A DNA stretch of 64,000 bases, taken from NCBI GenBank assembly GCA_029261065.1, contig JAJDCB010000011.1:175168-239167 (forward strand), written 5' to 3'. The stretch comes from Candidatus Omnitrophota bacterium (GTDB lineage Bacteria; Omnitrophota; Gorgyraeia; Zapsychrales; Zapsychraceae). Position numbers and translations under genes: made by a program. The notes beneath the pieces are model-generated. The model saw nothing but the letters and a program-made list of their open reading frames with translations. It searched no databases and had not been told where the DNA came from. Positions 1 to 9,739 of this stretch are shown piece by piece (within the stretch, counting starts at the first letter, position 1; each line of letters begins with the position of its first letter).

Positions 1-215
1 CTGAAAAGCCGTATTTTGAAAGCCCGTTTTATTGCCTGGAGGATTATGATTGCATGGGGAGTTTGGCTGAGGGAGAGAAGCTGTGTCAAAATTTTATATA
101 TTCTCAGCTTTATACCCAAAAAGAGGGGGATTTTGAGTGTTTATGCCAAGAGCATATTTGTCAGCCAAAAGAGGCTGGTGTACATCGTCATGATTAGGGT
201 AACAAAATAAAGCTT

Positions 216-289
216 GTCGTCCTGATCCAAAAATTTGTTGTTTATAAGGTCCTAAAACTAAGTAGATTCTCGATGCCTCGGGAATGACA
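216..289. repeat. Degenerate copy of the palindromic MITE/REP-like element
   Basis: TGTCGTCC ... CCTCGGGAATGACAG termini match the family's TIR-like ends. The internal sequence is diverged. Confidence 0.45.
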
Positions 290-375
290 GATTATTGAAC
301 ACCCCACAAATGTTCGTTTCCTTAATTGTGACGAAGTACACTGAGCAGGAGTGAGGAAAAGGATTTGTAAATTAT

Positions 376-404
376 TTTGCTTAAAGCTATGAAGCAGGGT
401 ATAC
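376..404 (+). promoter_or_regulatory. Candidate sigma70 promoter (TTGCTT-17nt-TATACT) for the small basic protein gene
   Basis: -35/-10 hexamers with 17-nt spacer read directly; roughly 160 nt upstream of the SD+ATG at 565. Confidence 0.3.
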
Positions 405-564
405 TTTCAATAAGAAAGGCATATTAATGATCGAAGAATTTTTAGTGGCAATTCCAACGCAAAGCTCCCCATTTCAATGGTTTGCATTATTTTTCCTAAC
501 AAAATTTGTTATGGCACAGGACAATTTTTTAAGAATATCACCCAAAAGGATCAAGGAGGATCTA

Positions 565-797
565 TGAACATTATGGATTTGAGAGAATTGTTAAAGGATA
601 AGCGTGTCATAGAAGAAATTAATAAACATCTTTGGATTGAGAGTCAAAAGGCGGGCTACAGTATCGGAATTGAGCGGGCTACGGATGAATGGTTGAGATT
701 ATATTCGACAGGTTGGATGAAATATAATCAACCTGAAAAATATGCAAAGTTGGTTCGAAAGAAGAAAAAGGCTCCTAAAAAAGTTTCCAAAAGATAA
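565..797 (+). CDS. Small hypothetical protein with a Lys-rich C-terminal tail (KKKKAPKKVSKR)
   Basis: ORF 477..797 trimmed to the ATG at 565, preceded by AAGGAGGA at 553-560. Followed by a strong hairpin terminator. No family recognised. Confidence 0.55.
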
Positions 798-810
798 AAT
801 TTTTGACAAA

Positions 811-846
811 TAAAAAACCCTCTGAGTGATCAGAGGGTTTTTTATT
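811..846. terminator. Bidirectional intrinsic terminator between convergent genes
   Basis: 8-bp perfect stem CCCTCTGA/TCAGAGGG with GTGA loop (818..837), flanked by an A-run upstream and T-run downstream. It can serve both converging transcripts. Confidence 0.8.
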
Positions 847-862
847 TCTATTGGCAGCCCAA

Positions 863-1111
863 TTATTTTCTCTTTGTTGCTTTTTTCTTCGCTGCTTTTC
901 TCTTTGTTGTTTTCTTCTTCGCTGCTTTTTTCTTTGTTGCTTTTTTCTTTGTTGCTTTTTTTCTTGTTACTTTTTTCTTTGCAGCTTTTCTCTTTGTTGC
1001 TTTTTTCTTTGTTGCTTTTTTTCTTGTTGCTTTTTTCTTAGCTGCTTTTTTCTTTGTTGCTTTTCTTTTTGGTGCTGCTTTCTTTCTTGTTGCTTTTCTT
1101 TTTACGGCCAT
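863..1111 (-). CDS. Histone H1-like / Hc-like lysine-alanine repeat nucleoid protein (82 aa, almost pure KKKA(T/A)K repeats)
   Basis: Minus-strand ORF with a strong SD (AAGGAGGAAGAAT-ATG) and the terminator at 818..837. The plus-strand ORFs over the same repeat lack an SD and encode poly-Leu/Phe/Cys nonsense. Composition resembles the eukaryotic H1 C-terminal domain and chlamydial Hc2/AlgP KA-repeats. Confidence 0.75.
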   Translation of the reverse strand: MAVKRKATRKKAAPKRKATKKKAAKKKATRKKATKKKATKRKAAKKKVTRKKATKKKATKKKAAKKKTTKRKAAKKKATKRK

Positions 1112-1274
1112 ATTCTTCCTCCTTTATTAAGAGATTTGTTCGCCTTGTTATAGTTTTATATTAGCATGAAGTTTTTTTTATGCAAAAATAATTTAACTTT
1201 TTTTAGAAAAAAAATGTTTTTAAAATTCATTTTTATTTTATTTTTGAATTGAAAATATAAAAATGACGACGAGA

Positions 1275-1302
1275 GTTTTAATGTTACAATAAGCATTAAA
1301 AC
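1275..1302. promoter_or_regulatory. Perfect 9-bp inverted repeat GTTTTAATG-N10-CATTAAAAC in an ultra-AT-rich divergent promoter region
   Basis: Read directly. It lies in the 265-bp (~15% GC) region between the H1-like gene (minus) and hemW (plus). Confidence 0.3.
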
Positions 1303-1375
1303 TGATAGAATGTTAGCGGAATAAAAAATAAAATAAAATGTCAAAAAAGTTATAAATTAATACAAAAATAAAATT

Positions 1376-2482
1376 ATGTCATCTTTATACGTACATATTC
1401 CCTTTTGTCAGCGAAAGTGTTTTTATTGTTCATTTGTGGTTTCTATCGCACAAGAACAACGCATGGAATCGTATTGTCATTGTTTAGAAAAAGAAATGAG
1501 ACAGTATAAAGATGAAAGCTTAGATACAGTTTATATTGGTGGGGGGACGCCAACGTACCTAAAGGAAAATCAAATCGAATACTTGTTAAAGGCTATTCAC
1601 CAAAACTTCCAAATTTCTTCTAATTGTGAAATAACAATGGAAGCCAACCCAGAAGGGTTGACGCCTTTGAAATTAGATATCATAAAAAAATATGGTGTCA
1701 CCCGTTTAAGTTTGGGGGTGCAATCTTTAAATAATAATTTTTTAAAATACTTGGGCCGAAATCATAATTCTTTAAAAGCTTATGAAGCCTTTAAGCTTTT
1801 AAGAGAACACTCCTTTGATAACATTAATTGTGATCTTATGTTTTCTTTTCCACAACAAACATTGGAGCAATTAAATGAAGATTTAGATGCGATGATGACT
1901 TTAGAGAGTGATCATATATCTCTTTATGGATTAACGATTGAAGAAAGAAGTCGGTTTTTTGTCAAAAATACGATTCTTCCAGATAGTCATCTGCAAGCCG
2001 AGTTTTATACAACCATTCTCAAACGATTAGAAGCTAATGGGTACCAGCAATATGAAATTAGCAATTTTGCAAAACCAGGAAAAGAATCAAAACATAATTT
2101 GAATTATTGGCATGGAGGCAATTATAGAGGCGTAGGTATTGGAGCGCATTCTCATAAAGACGGTAAGCGTTTTTGGAACCTTTCTCAATTGACGCAATAC
2201 ATCAAATGCATAGAAGATGGATTGCCTGTTGTTGAGGAGGGTGAGGAATTAGCAGTACATACTCAAATGATGGAAACGATTTTGTTTGGATTAAGGATGA
2301 ATCAAGGTGTTGATATCAAAGCGATAGAAAGACGTTACGATTGTAGTGTTGATCAAAATACAACGCAACAAATAGAAAGTTTTATCAAAGAAGGGTTTTT
2401 AGTCAAAAGCGATGAGCGATTACAAACGACTCTGAAGGGAAAGTTAGTTTTAGATGAGATAAGTGTTAGATTGATTTCTTAG
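1376..2482 (+). CDS. hemW: Radical SAM family heme chaperone HemW / oxygen-independent coproporphyrinogen-III oxidase-like protein
   Basis: N-terminal HIPFCxxKCxYCSF radical-SAM cysteine motif; GGGTP(T/S) motif; ~370 aa, typical of the HemN-like family. Confidence 0.85.
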   Translation: MSSLYVHIPFCQRKCFYCSFVVSIAQEQRMESYCHCLEKEMRQYKDESLDTVYIGGGTPTYLKENQIEYLLKAIHQNFQISSNCEITMEANPEGLTPLKLDIIKKYGVTRLSLGVQSLNNNFLKYLGRNHNSLKAYEAFKLLREHSFDNINCDLMFSFPQQTLEQLNEDLDAMMTLESDHISLYGLTIEERSRFFVKNTILPDSHLQAEFYTTILKRLEANGYQQYEISNFAKPGKESKHNLNYWHGGNYRGVGIGAHSHKDGKRFWNLSQLTQYIKCIEDGLPVVEEGEELAVHTQMMETILFGLRMNQGVDIKAIERRYDCSVDQNTTQQIESFIKEGFLVKSDERLQTTLKGKLVLDEISVRLIS

Positions 2483-3551
2483 TGGTGTGCAGTTCTCTTA
2501 AGCGGTAACTATGTTGAAAAAGCTGGTGGATGGCATCTGCGATGATTGTTTTATATTTTTTATGCATTTTTAAACTATTTAGGATTTTGTTTGTTTTATC
2601 GATTCTTTCTTGAACGGCGTTAAGGCAATAGTCAAAACTGCCTGCGGCAACAAAAATTTTTCTAATAGTTACGAGATCTTGATAATTTTTAGTTTCCTTA
2701 TTAAAAATTTGAGTAAACTGTTTGCGTTTTTGAGCGGAAAGTTTGTTGTAGGCATGGCAAACAAGTAGAGTTTTCTTTGATTCGGCAAGATCACTTAAAA
2801 TTGATTTTCCGATATTTTTTTGAGAATCAAATATACCAATGATATCATCTTGGATTTGAAAGGCTTGTCCAACAAGAATCCCAAGTTCCGAAAGTTTTTT
2901 GATATCTTTATCATCAGCGCCTGCCAAAATGGCACCTGTGACAAGAGGACAATCAAATGTATAGCGAGCTGTTTTTAGCGTGTAATTTAAAAATACATCG
3001 CTTTCTTTAACTTTGCTTAGTTTTTCAACGCCATGAAGTGTATCAATAAATTCTCCCATCGCCGTGAACGCTGCCGTTTGAATAAAATATTTTAAAGCCC
3101 GCTCCTTACGTTTGGGTGTTTCTTTAATAGAAAGAAAAGCATCGATAGCAAAAGCGTAGACGATGTCTCCTGCAATAATTCCTAAATCATATCCTAACTT
3201 ATCACGATCTTCGGTTTTGATGATGCGTCCTAGAACTTTGTGGAGCGTTGGTTTTCCTCGCCTTAGATTAGAACGATCAATAATATCATCATGTATGAGC
3301 ATGAAGTTATGTAGGAGTTCGATACAGGTGGATGCGTTATATAAACTTTTTGATGTTTTTTTGTTTGGGCTGTATCCCTTATAGCTTAGAATTAAGAGGA
3401 GGGGGCGTAAGCGTTTGCCTTTGCGAAGGGAAAATTCGCGAATGCTCTCATATAGGATGGGATTAACAAGATGGAGTTTGTAATCAACTTTGATCTTATC
3501 CATGAAAGCTTCTAAGCTTTCTTCAATTTTTGCTCGAATTTCTGAAACCAT
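2466..3551 (-). CDS. Polyprenyl diphosphate synthase (trans-isoprenyl diphosphate synthase family; hepta/octaprenyl type)
   Basis: Two aspartate-rich motifs, LIHDDIIDRSNLRRGKPT (FARM) and FQIQDDIIG (SARM). Start moved to the internal Met (MVSEIRAK...) for a typical ~360-aa length. The 3' end overlaps hemW convergently by 17 nt. Confidence 0.8.
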   Translation of the reverse strand: MVSEIRAKIEESLEAFMDKIKVDYKLHLVNPILYESIREFSLRKGKRLRPLLLILSYKGYSPNKKTSKSLYNASTCIELLHNFMLIHDDIIDRSNLRRGKPTLHKVLGRIIKTEDRDKLGYDLGIIAGDIVYAFAIDAFLSIKETPKRKERALKYFIQTAAFTAMGEFIDTLHGVEKLSKVKESDVFLNYTLKTARYTFDCPLVTGAILAGADDKDIKKLSELGILVGQAFQIQDDIIGIFDSQKNIGKSILSDLAESKKTLLVCHAYNKLSAQKRKQFTQIFNKETKNYQDLVTIRKIFVAAGSFDYCLNAVQERIDKTNKILNSLKMHKKYKTIIADAIHQLFQHSYRLRELHTTKKSI

Positions 3552-3760
3552 GAGGCACATCGTATCACAGAAGAGTTTTCCATTCAATATATTTCATTGT
3601 CGAATGTCTTTTCAAACGGTATTAAAATGGTATACTTTACTATATATAGAGAAGAACTTAGAGAAGTGTTTGTAGAATAAAGGTCGTTAATCAGGCAGGC
3701 ATCACTTAAGATGAGCCACATCATTTTTTAAATAAAAGATGATGGAAATCTCGGGAGTTA

Positions 3761-4381
3761 TTGATGAAAAGAATATTATGGAGTTTGTTTTTTATGATGA
3801 TTTGTTGTGTTCCAGAATTGGGAGCAGAGATTGTCCATTTAAAAAGTGGGAATACAGTTATTGGACGAATTACGGAAAGATCTTCATATTATATTGTTAT
3901 TGATAAGGGAGGGGCTGTTGATAAAATATTTCTAAATGAAATTGAGAGTATAGAAGATGAGCCTGCTCCTTTAGAAAATTTTGACGTCGACGATTTTATT
4001 AAGGATGTCCAGATTCAATCCATTAAGTTTGATAGATCTAAATTTCTCGTGATTCCTGAGGAAAAAGTCGATCTTATCGTCAAATTTATGGTTGTCAATG
4101 GGGCTTATGGTCAGATGCAAATTGCATTGGAGCAAGCGATATTAGCAGCACCAAATGACAGGAGAAAGGAAATTAAGGATTTGTTTGTATTAAGTGAAAT
4201 TATCGAAAAATTGGTGCCTGTTTATCATGATTTATTTACTGAGGAAGATTTAACCGCGATGGTTAACTTTTTTGCAAGCCCTACCGGAAAGAAATTTAAG
4301 GATTCTATGCCTCAAATCTATGAGAGAACAGCCCAAGTGGTCATAGAGTACTTTCAGGAAAAACGTAAATTTGTGCTATAA
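3761..4381 (+). CDS. Hypothetical secreted protein (signal peptide)
   Basis: N-terminal hydrophobic signal MMKRILWSLFFMMICCVPELGAE; GGGAG SD upstream. No family recognised. Confidence 0.5.
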   Translation: MMKRILWSLFFMMICCVPELGAEIVHLKSGNTVIGRITERSSYYIVIDKGGAVDKIFLNEIESIEDEPAPLENFDVDDFIKDVQIQSIKFDRSKFLVIPEEKVDLIVKFMVVNGAYGQMQIALEQAILAAPNDRRKEIKDLFVLSEIIEKLVPVYHDLFTEEDLTAMVNFFASPTGKKFKDSMPQIYERTAQVVIEYFQEKRKFVL

Positions 4382-4616
4382 AATCAAATTTTTAAAGCCA
4401 ATCCTACCTAAATTATCCTCGTCCATCAATTACACTTTTGTAAATTCTTCGTAAGTTAGTTTATGTCATTATGATAAGATTCAAATATTATTAAATAATG
4501 GCTGGAAAAAAGTTTAAATTCCAGTAATTGACAGCTTTTATTTTAGGCTGTAAGTATATTTGTTTCAATGGTTTATAAAAGTACGTATAAAAAATAGTGC
4601 TAAATATTTTCTTTTT

Positions 4617-4645
4617 GTTTGACCTTAAAAATTTTCTTTGTTATA
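4617..4645 (+). promoter_or_regulatory. Candidate sigma70 promoter for the pur operon (TTGACC-17nt-TATATT)
   Basis: Hexamers read in the 300-bp intergenic region upstream of purB. AAAGGAG SD at 4669-4675. Confidence 0.35.
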
Positions 4646-4681
4646 TTAGTGAAGTTCAAAATTCGAAAAAGGAGCTAAAGC

Positions 4682-5977
4682 ATGATTGAGCGTTATACAC
4701 TATCAAAAATGGGTAATATCTGGTCGGAGAAGCATAAGATGGAAATTATGCTTAAAATTGAGGTTTTGGCTTGTGAAGCGATGTGTAAATTAGGCCAGAT
4801 TCCCAAGAAATCTTTAGAAAAGATTAAAAAGAACGCAAAATTTGATATTGATGAAGTAAAAAAATTAGAAGAAAAGACAAAGCATGATATTGTTGCTTTT
4901 ATCAATAATGTTGGAGCTTATATAGGCGCTGATTCCCGATACTTGCATATGGGGTTAACATCATCAGATCTTTTGGATACATCCCTTTCCGTTCAATGCG
5001 TTGAGTCAAGTGAGCTTCTTTTGGCAGACATCAAGAAGATGCTCAATGTGTTAAAACAAAAAGCAAAAAAATATAAAGACACCCCTTGTATTGCACGAAC
5101 ACATGGTGTTCATGCGGAACCTACCACATTTGGTTTAAAATTAGCTGTTTGGTACGACGAAATGAAGCGAAATGCTGATCGTATGGAACAAGCTAAAGAA
5201 ATGATGCGTTTTGGAAAACTTTCAGGGGCTGTGGGAACGTATGCTAACATTGATCCTTATGTTGAAGAATATGTTTGTGAAAAGTTAGAGCTTAAGCCCG
5301 CTAATATTGCCACTCAGATTATACAACGTGATCATCATTGTCAATTTGTTACGACGTTAGCCTTGATCGGTTCAACATTAAATAAAATTTCGACAGAAAT
5401 TCGTTTGCTTCAGAAAACAGAGGTGCTTGAAGTAGAAGAACCTTTTTTTAAAGGTCAAATCGGATCCTCGGCGATGCCTCATAAAAGAAATCCCGTTGCC
5501 TGCGAACGAGTATCGGGTCTTTCTCGTCTTTTAAGATCGAATGCTCAAGCATCGTTTGAAAATATTTCTCTATGGCATGAAAGAGACATTAGTCATTCGT
5601 CTGTCGAACGTGTTATCCTTCCAGACAGTGCGATCGCACTTAACTACATGTTTCATACAATAATTCCAATCTTAGATGGGTTATTAGTTTATCCTAAGCA
5701 TATGATTGATAGTTTATCGAAGACGAAAGGTCTTATTTACTCTCAACGTGTTCTTCTTGAGTTAATGAAAAAGGGTTTAACAAGAGAAGCTGCTTATGAA
5801 ATTATTCAGCGTTGTGCTATGCAGGTTTGGCAAGATACGTCTGATTTTAAAGATATTTTAAATCGTGATCGAAAGGTAAGAAAATATCTAAAGCCAAGCG
5901 ATATTGATGCTTGTTTTGATATTAAATATTATACTCGACATACAGATAAAATTTTTAAAAGAGTGGGTTTAAGATAA
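4682..5977 (+). CDS. purB: Adenylosuccinate lyase
   Basis: Characteristic N-terminus MIERYTLSKMGNIWSEKHK and the fumarate-lyase signature GSSAMPHKRNP; 431 aa. Confidence 0.95.
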   Translation: MIERYTLSKMGNIWSEKHKMEIMLKIEVLACEAMCKLGQIPKKSLEKIKKNAKFDIDEVKKLEEKTKHDIVAFINNVGAYIGADSRYLHMGLTSSDLLDTSLSVQCVESSELLLADIKKMLNVLKQKAKKYKDTPCIARTHGVHAEPTTFGLKLAVWYDEMKRNADRMEQAKEMMRFGKLSGAVGTYANIDPYVEEYVCEKLELKPANIATQIIQRDHHCQFVTTLALIGSTLNKISTEIRLLQKTEVLEVEEPFFKGQIGSSAMPHKRNPVACERVSGLSRLLRSNAQASFENISLWHERDISHSSVERVILPDSAIALNYMFHTIIPILDGLLVYPKHMIDSLSKTKGLIYSQRVLLELMKKGLTREAAYEIIQRCAMQVWQDTSDFKDILNRDRKVRKYLKPSDIDACFDIKYYTRHTDKIFKRVGLR

Positions 5978-5992
5978 ACTAAAAAACATAAA

Positions 5993-6709
5993 ATGGAACA
6001 GCTCATGGAAAAAAAAGAAAAACTATATGAAGGAAAAGCAAAGATTCTTTATGCAACAGACGATCCTGATCTTGTAATTCAGTATTTCAAAGATGATGCA
6101 ACCGCATTTAATGCGGCCAAAAAAGGAACTGTTGAATCAAAAGGGATCATGAATAACAAGATCTCGACAAAGATTTTTGAGTTTTTAGCTTCAGAAGGTA
6201 TTCCAACACATTTAGTCAAAATTCTCAGTGATAGAGAAATGTTGGTCAAAAAAGTTGATATTGTTTTGGTAGAGGTGATCATTCGTAATCGCGCTGCTGG
6301 GTCACTATGCCGTTTGCTTGGCATTGAAGAAGGTCGAGAGTTATCTGAACCCATTTTAGAGTTTTGTTATAAGCGCGATGATTTAGGCGATCCGTTGATT
6401 AATGAATATCATATTCATGCCTTAAACTTGGCGACCCCAGAAGAAATAGCAGCGATTCGAGATTACACATTTAAAGTAAATAAGTTAATGAGTAAATTCT
6501 TTGCAAATCTTCAGTTAGAACTTATTGATTTTAAATTAGAATTTGGACGTCATAAAGGCAAAATTATTCTGGCCGATGAAATTTCACCAGACACTTGCCG
6601 CATTTGGGAAGTTGGAACAGGCAAAAGACTTGATAAAGATCGATTTCGTCATGATTTAGGAAATATTGAAGAAGCTTATCAAGAAGTTCTAAGTCGCGTA
6701 AGTAAATAA
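5993..6709 (+). CDS. purC: Phosphoribosylaminoimidazole-succinocarboxamide (SAICAR) synthase
   Basis: LYEGKAKILYATDDP N-terminus and the SAICAR synthetase fold motifs; 238 aa. Confidence 0.95.
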   Translation: MEQLMEKKEKLYEGKAKILYATDDPDLVIQYFKDDATAFNAAKKGTVESKGIMNNKISTKIFEFLASEGIPTHLVKILSDREMLVKKVDIVLVEVIIRNRAAGSLCRLLGIEEGRELSEPILEFCYKRDDLGDPLINEYHIHALNLATPEEIAAIRDYTFKVNKLMSKFFANLQLELIDFKLEFGRHKGKIILADEISPDTCRIWEVGTGKRLDKDRFRHDLGNIEEAYQEVLSRVSK

Positions 6710-6811
6710 ATTTTGATCCTTACAAATTTTGTGTACTGAAAATTTTACCAAATCATAACACAAAATTTTTAAACCATACCCTGCACAATCATAACCTCTA
6801 CTAACAAATAC

Positions 6812-9715
6812 ATGATCTGGCGCATTGAAATAAAACAGAAGAATGGCGTGTTTGATCCCCACCGTGATAGTATACAAAAATCCATCGAAGAGCTTGGTTT
6901 AACTTCTATTACTGACGTTATTGTTGATCGTATTTTTTATCTTCATGGCGATTTAAACGAAACTCTCGTTCAAAAAATTGCTGATGAATTGTTGGTCGAT
7001 AAAATTACACAAGACTACACCTACACATCTAACTTCATATCTCTTAACAATACAAACGATAAAGAATGGAAAGCTATAGAAATTTCCTATAACCCTGGTG
7101 TTATGGATCCTGTTGAAGCCTCAACCGTTAAAGGGATTCGAGACTTGGGATGTCAGGGTGTTACATCCGTGCGTACGGCACAAAAATATTATCTTAAAGG
7201 AAAGGTTTCGAAGCAAAAGTTAGATCTTATTATCAATAAAGTATTATCTAATAAGCTGATTCAGCATGTTGTTGATTATAAGCAGATTGAAAAAAACTTT
7301 ATGCCTGTTGCAACGGATAATAAATTTGAATTGCTTCTAGTCGAATTGCTTAAAGCAAATGACTCTAAACTTAAAAAAATTAGTCAAGAGGGTCAGTTGT
7401 TTTTAAATCTTGATGAGATGAAAACAATACAAAAACATTATAAGAAATTAAAGCGTAACCCAACGGATGTCGAGCTTGAGACGATCGCGCAGACTTGGAG
7501 TGAGCATTGTTTTCACAAAACATTTAGAGGTAACATCCGTTATCAGTCTGTAGAAGGTGGGAAAAAGAAAACAACTTTAATTCGTAATTTGCTTAAATCA
7601 ACAATTGTTAAGGCAACCAAAGAGATTAATAAATCGTGGTGTGTTTCTGTCTTTGATGATAATGCGGGTGTAATAAAGTTTGATAAAGATTCTCATGTGT
7701 GCATTAAGGTAGAAACGCATAACCACCCATCAGCCCTCGAGCCTTTTGGTGGGGCTAATACAGGTATAGGTGGGGTCATTCGCGATATATTAGGAACGGG
7801 GCTTGGCGCAAAACCTATTTGTAACACGGATGTCTTTTGTTTTGCTTCTCCAGATATGGAATTTAAAGATGTCCCTCCTGGTTCTTTGCATCCAAAACGT
7901 GTGATGAAAGGTGTTGTTAGCGGTGTACGTGATTATGGAAATAAAATGGGTATTCCGACAGTCAATGGTTCCATTTTATTTGATGAAAAATTTGTGGGTA
8001 ATCCTTTAGTTTATTGTGGTAGTGTTGGAATTTTGCCGAAAGATAAAGTTAAAAAGAAAGTTTTTAAAGGTGATTTAGTTGTGGTTGTCGGTGGAAAGAC
8101 AGGCCGTGATGGGATTCATGGGGCGACATTTTCTTCGGGAGAATTAACGGATGAGTCAGAGGTTGTTTCCTCGGGTGCTGTTCAGATTGGTGATCCTATT
8201 CAAGAGAAGAAGGTTCTAGATGCGTTATTAAAAGCTCGAGACAAAAATCTTTATACCTCTATTACAGATTGTGGTGCGGGCGGTCTTTCAAGTGCTATTG
8301 GAGAAATGGGACAAGAGTTAGGGGCACGCATTGACTTGGATAAGGTTCCTTTAAAATATGATGGCTTGCGTTACATGGAAATTTGGATTTCAGAGTCTCA
8401 GGAACGTCTTGTTATGTCAGTAAGTCCAAAGAATGTAGATAAATTTTTACAAGTTTTTGCTGATGAAAATGTTGAGGCAACAGTGATCGGAGAGTTTGTC
8501 GATTCAAAACAGCTTGGCCTATTTTTTCATGGCTGTCAGGTGTGTGATTTAAGTATGGAATTTCTATTTGAAGGGACGCCACGAATTACGAAAGAGGCTG
8601 TTTGGAAAACGCCTAGGTTAAGCGAGCCAAAAATTCCTTTGAAGACTGATTTAAATGTCAAATTACTTGAAGCCTTGTCTCATTATAACGTTTGTTCCAA
8701 AGAATGGGTTGTGCGTCAATATGATCATGAAGTTCAGGGGGGAAGTGTTATCAAACCTTTTGTGGGACGTAAAAATGATGGGCCTTCAGATGCTGCTGTT
8801 ATTACACCTAAATTAGATTCAAATAAAGGGCTCGCTATCTCCAATGGTATTAATGTTCGTTTCGGTATGATTGACCCTTTTTGGATGGCAGCCTCTTGTA
8901 TTGATGAAGCGCTACGTCAAATTGTGTCCGTGGGTGGCGATGTTAGTAAAATTGCTATACTCGATAATTTTTGTTGGGGCAATCCTGATAAGCCGGACCG
9001 ATTAGGCTCTATGGTGCGCGCGTCACTTGGGTGTTATAAAGCGGCCGTCGCTTATCAAACACCTTTTATTTCCGGAAAAGATAGCTTGTACAATGAATAC
9101 ACCCAGGGGAAAAAATCAATTGCTATCCCCGGCACGATCTTAATCTCGGCTCTTGGTATTATCGAAGATGTTAGTAAAACGATTACCATGGATTTTAAAG
9201 GGCACGATAATCTTATTTATTGTGTAGGGCAAACATATGATGAGTTGGGCGGTTCGATTTATTTAGATACGTGTGGGTCGTTGGGAAAGAATGTGCCGAT
9301 TGTTAATTTTAAACAGGGGCTTAAAACATTTCAGGCGTTAACGGGTGCTGTTAAAAAGAGATTGATTGCTTCGATGCACGATTGTTCTGAAGGGGGGTTG
9401 GCGGTTGCCTTAAGTGAGATGGCGTTTAGCGGTGGGTTTGGAGTAAGTGTTCGATTAGATCATGTTCCTTATAAAGGAAAGACAAAGCGCAATGACAATA
9501 TTTTGTTTTCCGAATCCAATTCGAGATTTTTAGTCGAGGTGGATCCGAAGAATCAGAAAAAGTTTGAGAAGCAAATGGGTTCAGTTCCACATCGTTGCAT
9601 CGGCACAACAGAGAAGACGCCTGAGTTTATTGTTTATGGGGTTAAACAAGATGTATGCCTGAATGTGTATCTAAAAGATTTAAAGGAAGCGTGGAAAGCG
9701 CCATTACGTTTTTAA
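6812..9715 (+). CDS. purL: Phosphoribosylformylglycinamidine synthase: FGAM synthetase (PurL) fused to an N-terminal tandem PurS-like domain
   Basis: Residues ~1-90 and ~95-180 both resemble PurS (DPHRDSIQKSIEELG...; YNPGVMDPVEASTVKGIRDLG...). The PurL N-terminus starts at ...ETIAQTWSEHCFHKTF. No glutaminase domain; purQ is a separate gene. Confidence 0.9.
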   Translation: MIWRIEIKQKNGVFDPHRDSIQKSIEELGLTSITDVIVDRIFYLHGDLNETLVQKIADELLVDKITQDYTYTSNFISLNNTNDKEWKAIEISYNPGVMDPVEASTVKGIRDLGCQGVTSVRTAQKYYLKGKVSKQKLDLIINKVLSNKLIQHVVDYKQIEKNFMPVATDNKFELLLVELLKANDSKLKKISQEGQLFLNLDEMKTIQKHYKKLKRNPTDVELETIAQTWSEHCFHKTFRGNIRYQSVEGGKKKTTLIRNLLKSTIVKATKEINKSWCVSVFDDNAGVIKFDKDSHVCIKVETHNHPSALEPFGGANTGIGGVIRDILGTGLGAKPICNTDVFCFASPDMEFKDVPPGSLHPKRVMKGVVSGVRDYGNKMGIPTVNGSILFDEKFVGNPLVYCGSVGILPKDKVKKKVFKGDLVVVVGGKTGRDGIHGATFSSGELTDESEVVSSGAVQIGDPIQEKKVLDALLKARDKNLYTSITDCGAGGLSSAIGEMGQELGARIDLDKVPLKYDGLRYMEIWISESQERLVMSVSPKNVDKFLQVFADENVEATVIGEFVDSKQLGLFFHGCQVCDLSMEFLFEGTPRITKEAVWKTPRLSEPKIPLKTDLNVKLLEALSHYNVCSKEWVVRQYDHEVQGGSVIKPFVGRKNDGPSDAAVITPKLDSNKGLAISNGINVRFGMIDPFWMAASCIDEALRQIVSVGGDVSKIAILDNFCWGNPDKPDRLGSMVRASLGCYKAAVAYQTPFISGKDSLYNEYTQGKKSIAIPGTILISALGIIEDVSKTITMDFKGHDNLIYCVGQTYDELGGSIYLDTCGSLGKNVPIVNFKQGLKTFQALTGAVKKRLIASMHDCSEGGLAVALSEMAFSGGFGVSVRLDHVPYKGKTKRNDNILFSESNSRFLVEVDPKNQKKFEKQMGSVPHRCIGTTEKTPEFIVYGVKQDVCLNVYLKDLKEAWKAPLRF

Positions 9716-9739
9716 CGGAATAATAAAAGGTGAGGCCAT

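Noticed and set aside
16-210. 64-aa ORF at the window start
   Set aside because: No RBS and no recognisable features. It is probably non-coding or part of an upstream feature truncated by the window edge.
826-1153. Plus-strand ORFs 826..1041 and 851..1153 (poly-Leu/Phe/Ser and poly-Cys/Phe proteins)
   Set aside because: They are reading-frame artefacts of the KA-repeat DNA. The minus-strand frame has a perfect SD and a terminator and encodes a biologically sensible H1-like protein. The plus frames lack an SD and encode implausible homopolymeric hydrophobic peptides.
4382-4681. Purine riboswitch upstream of purB
   Set aside because: I looked for the conserved UUUCUACC / CCGUAAAU elements and a three-way junction and found none. 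The region contains only a plausible sigma70 promoter and two ordinary hairpins. No ZTP/pfl motif upstream of glyA either.
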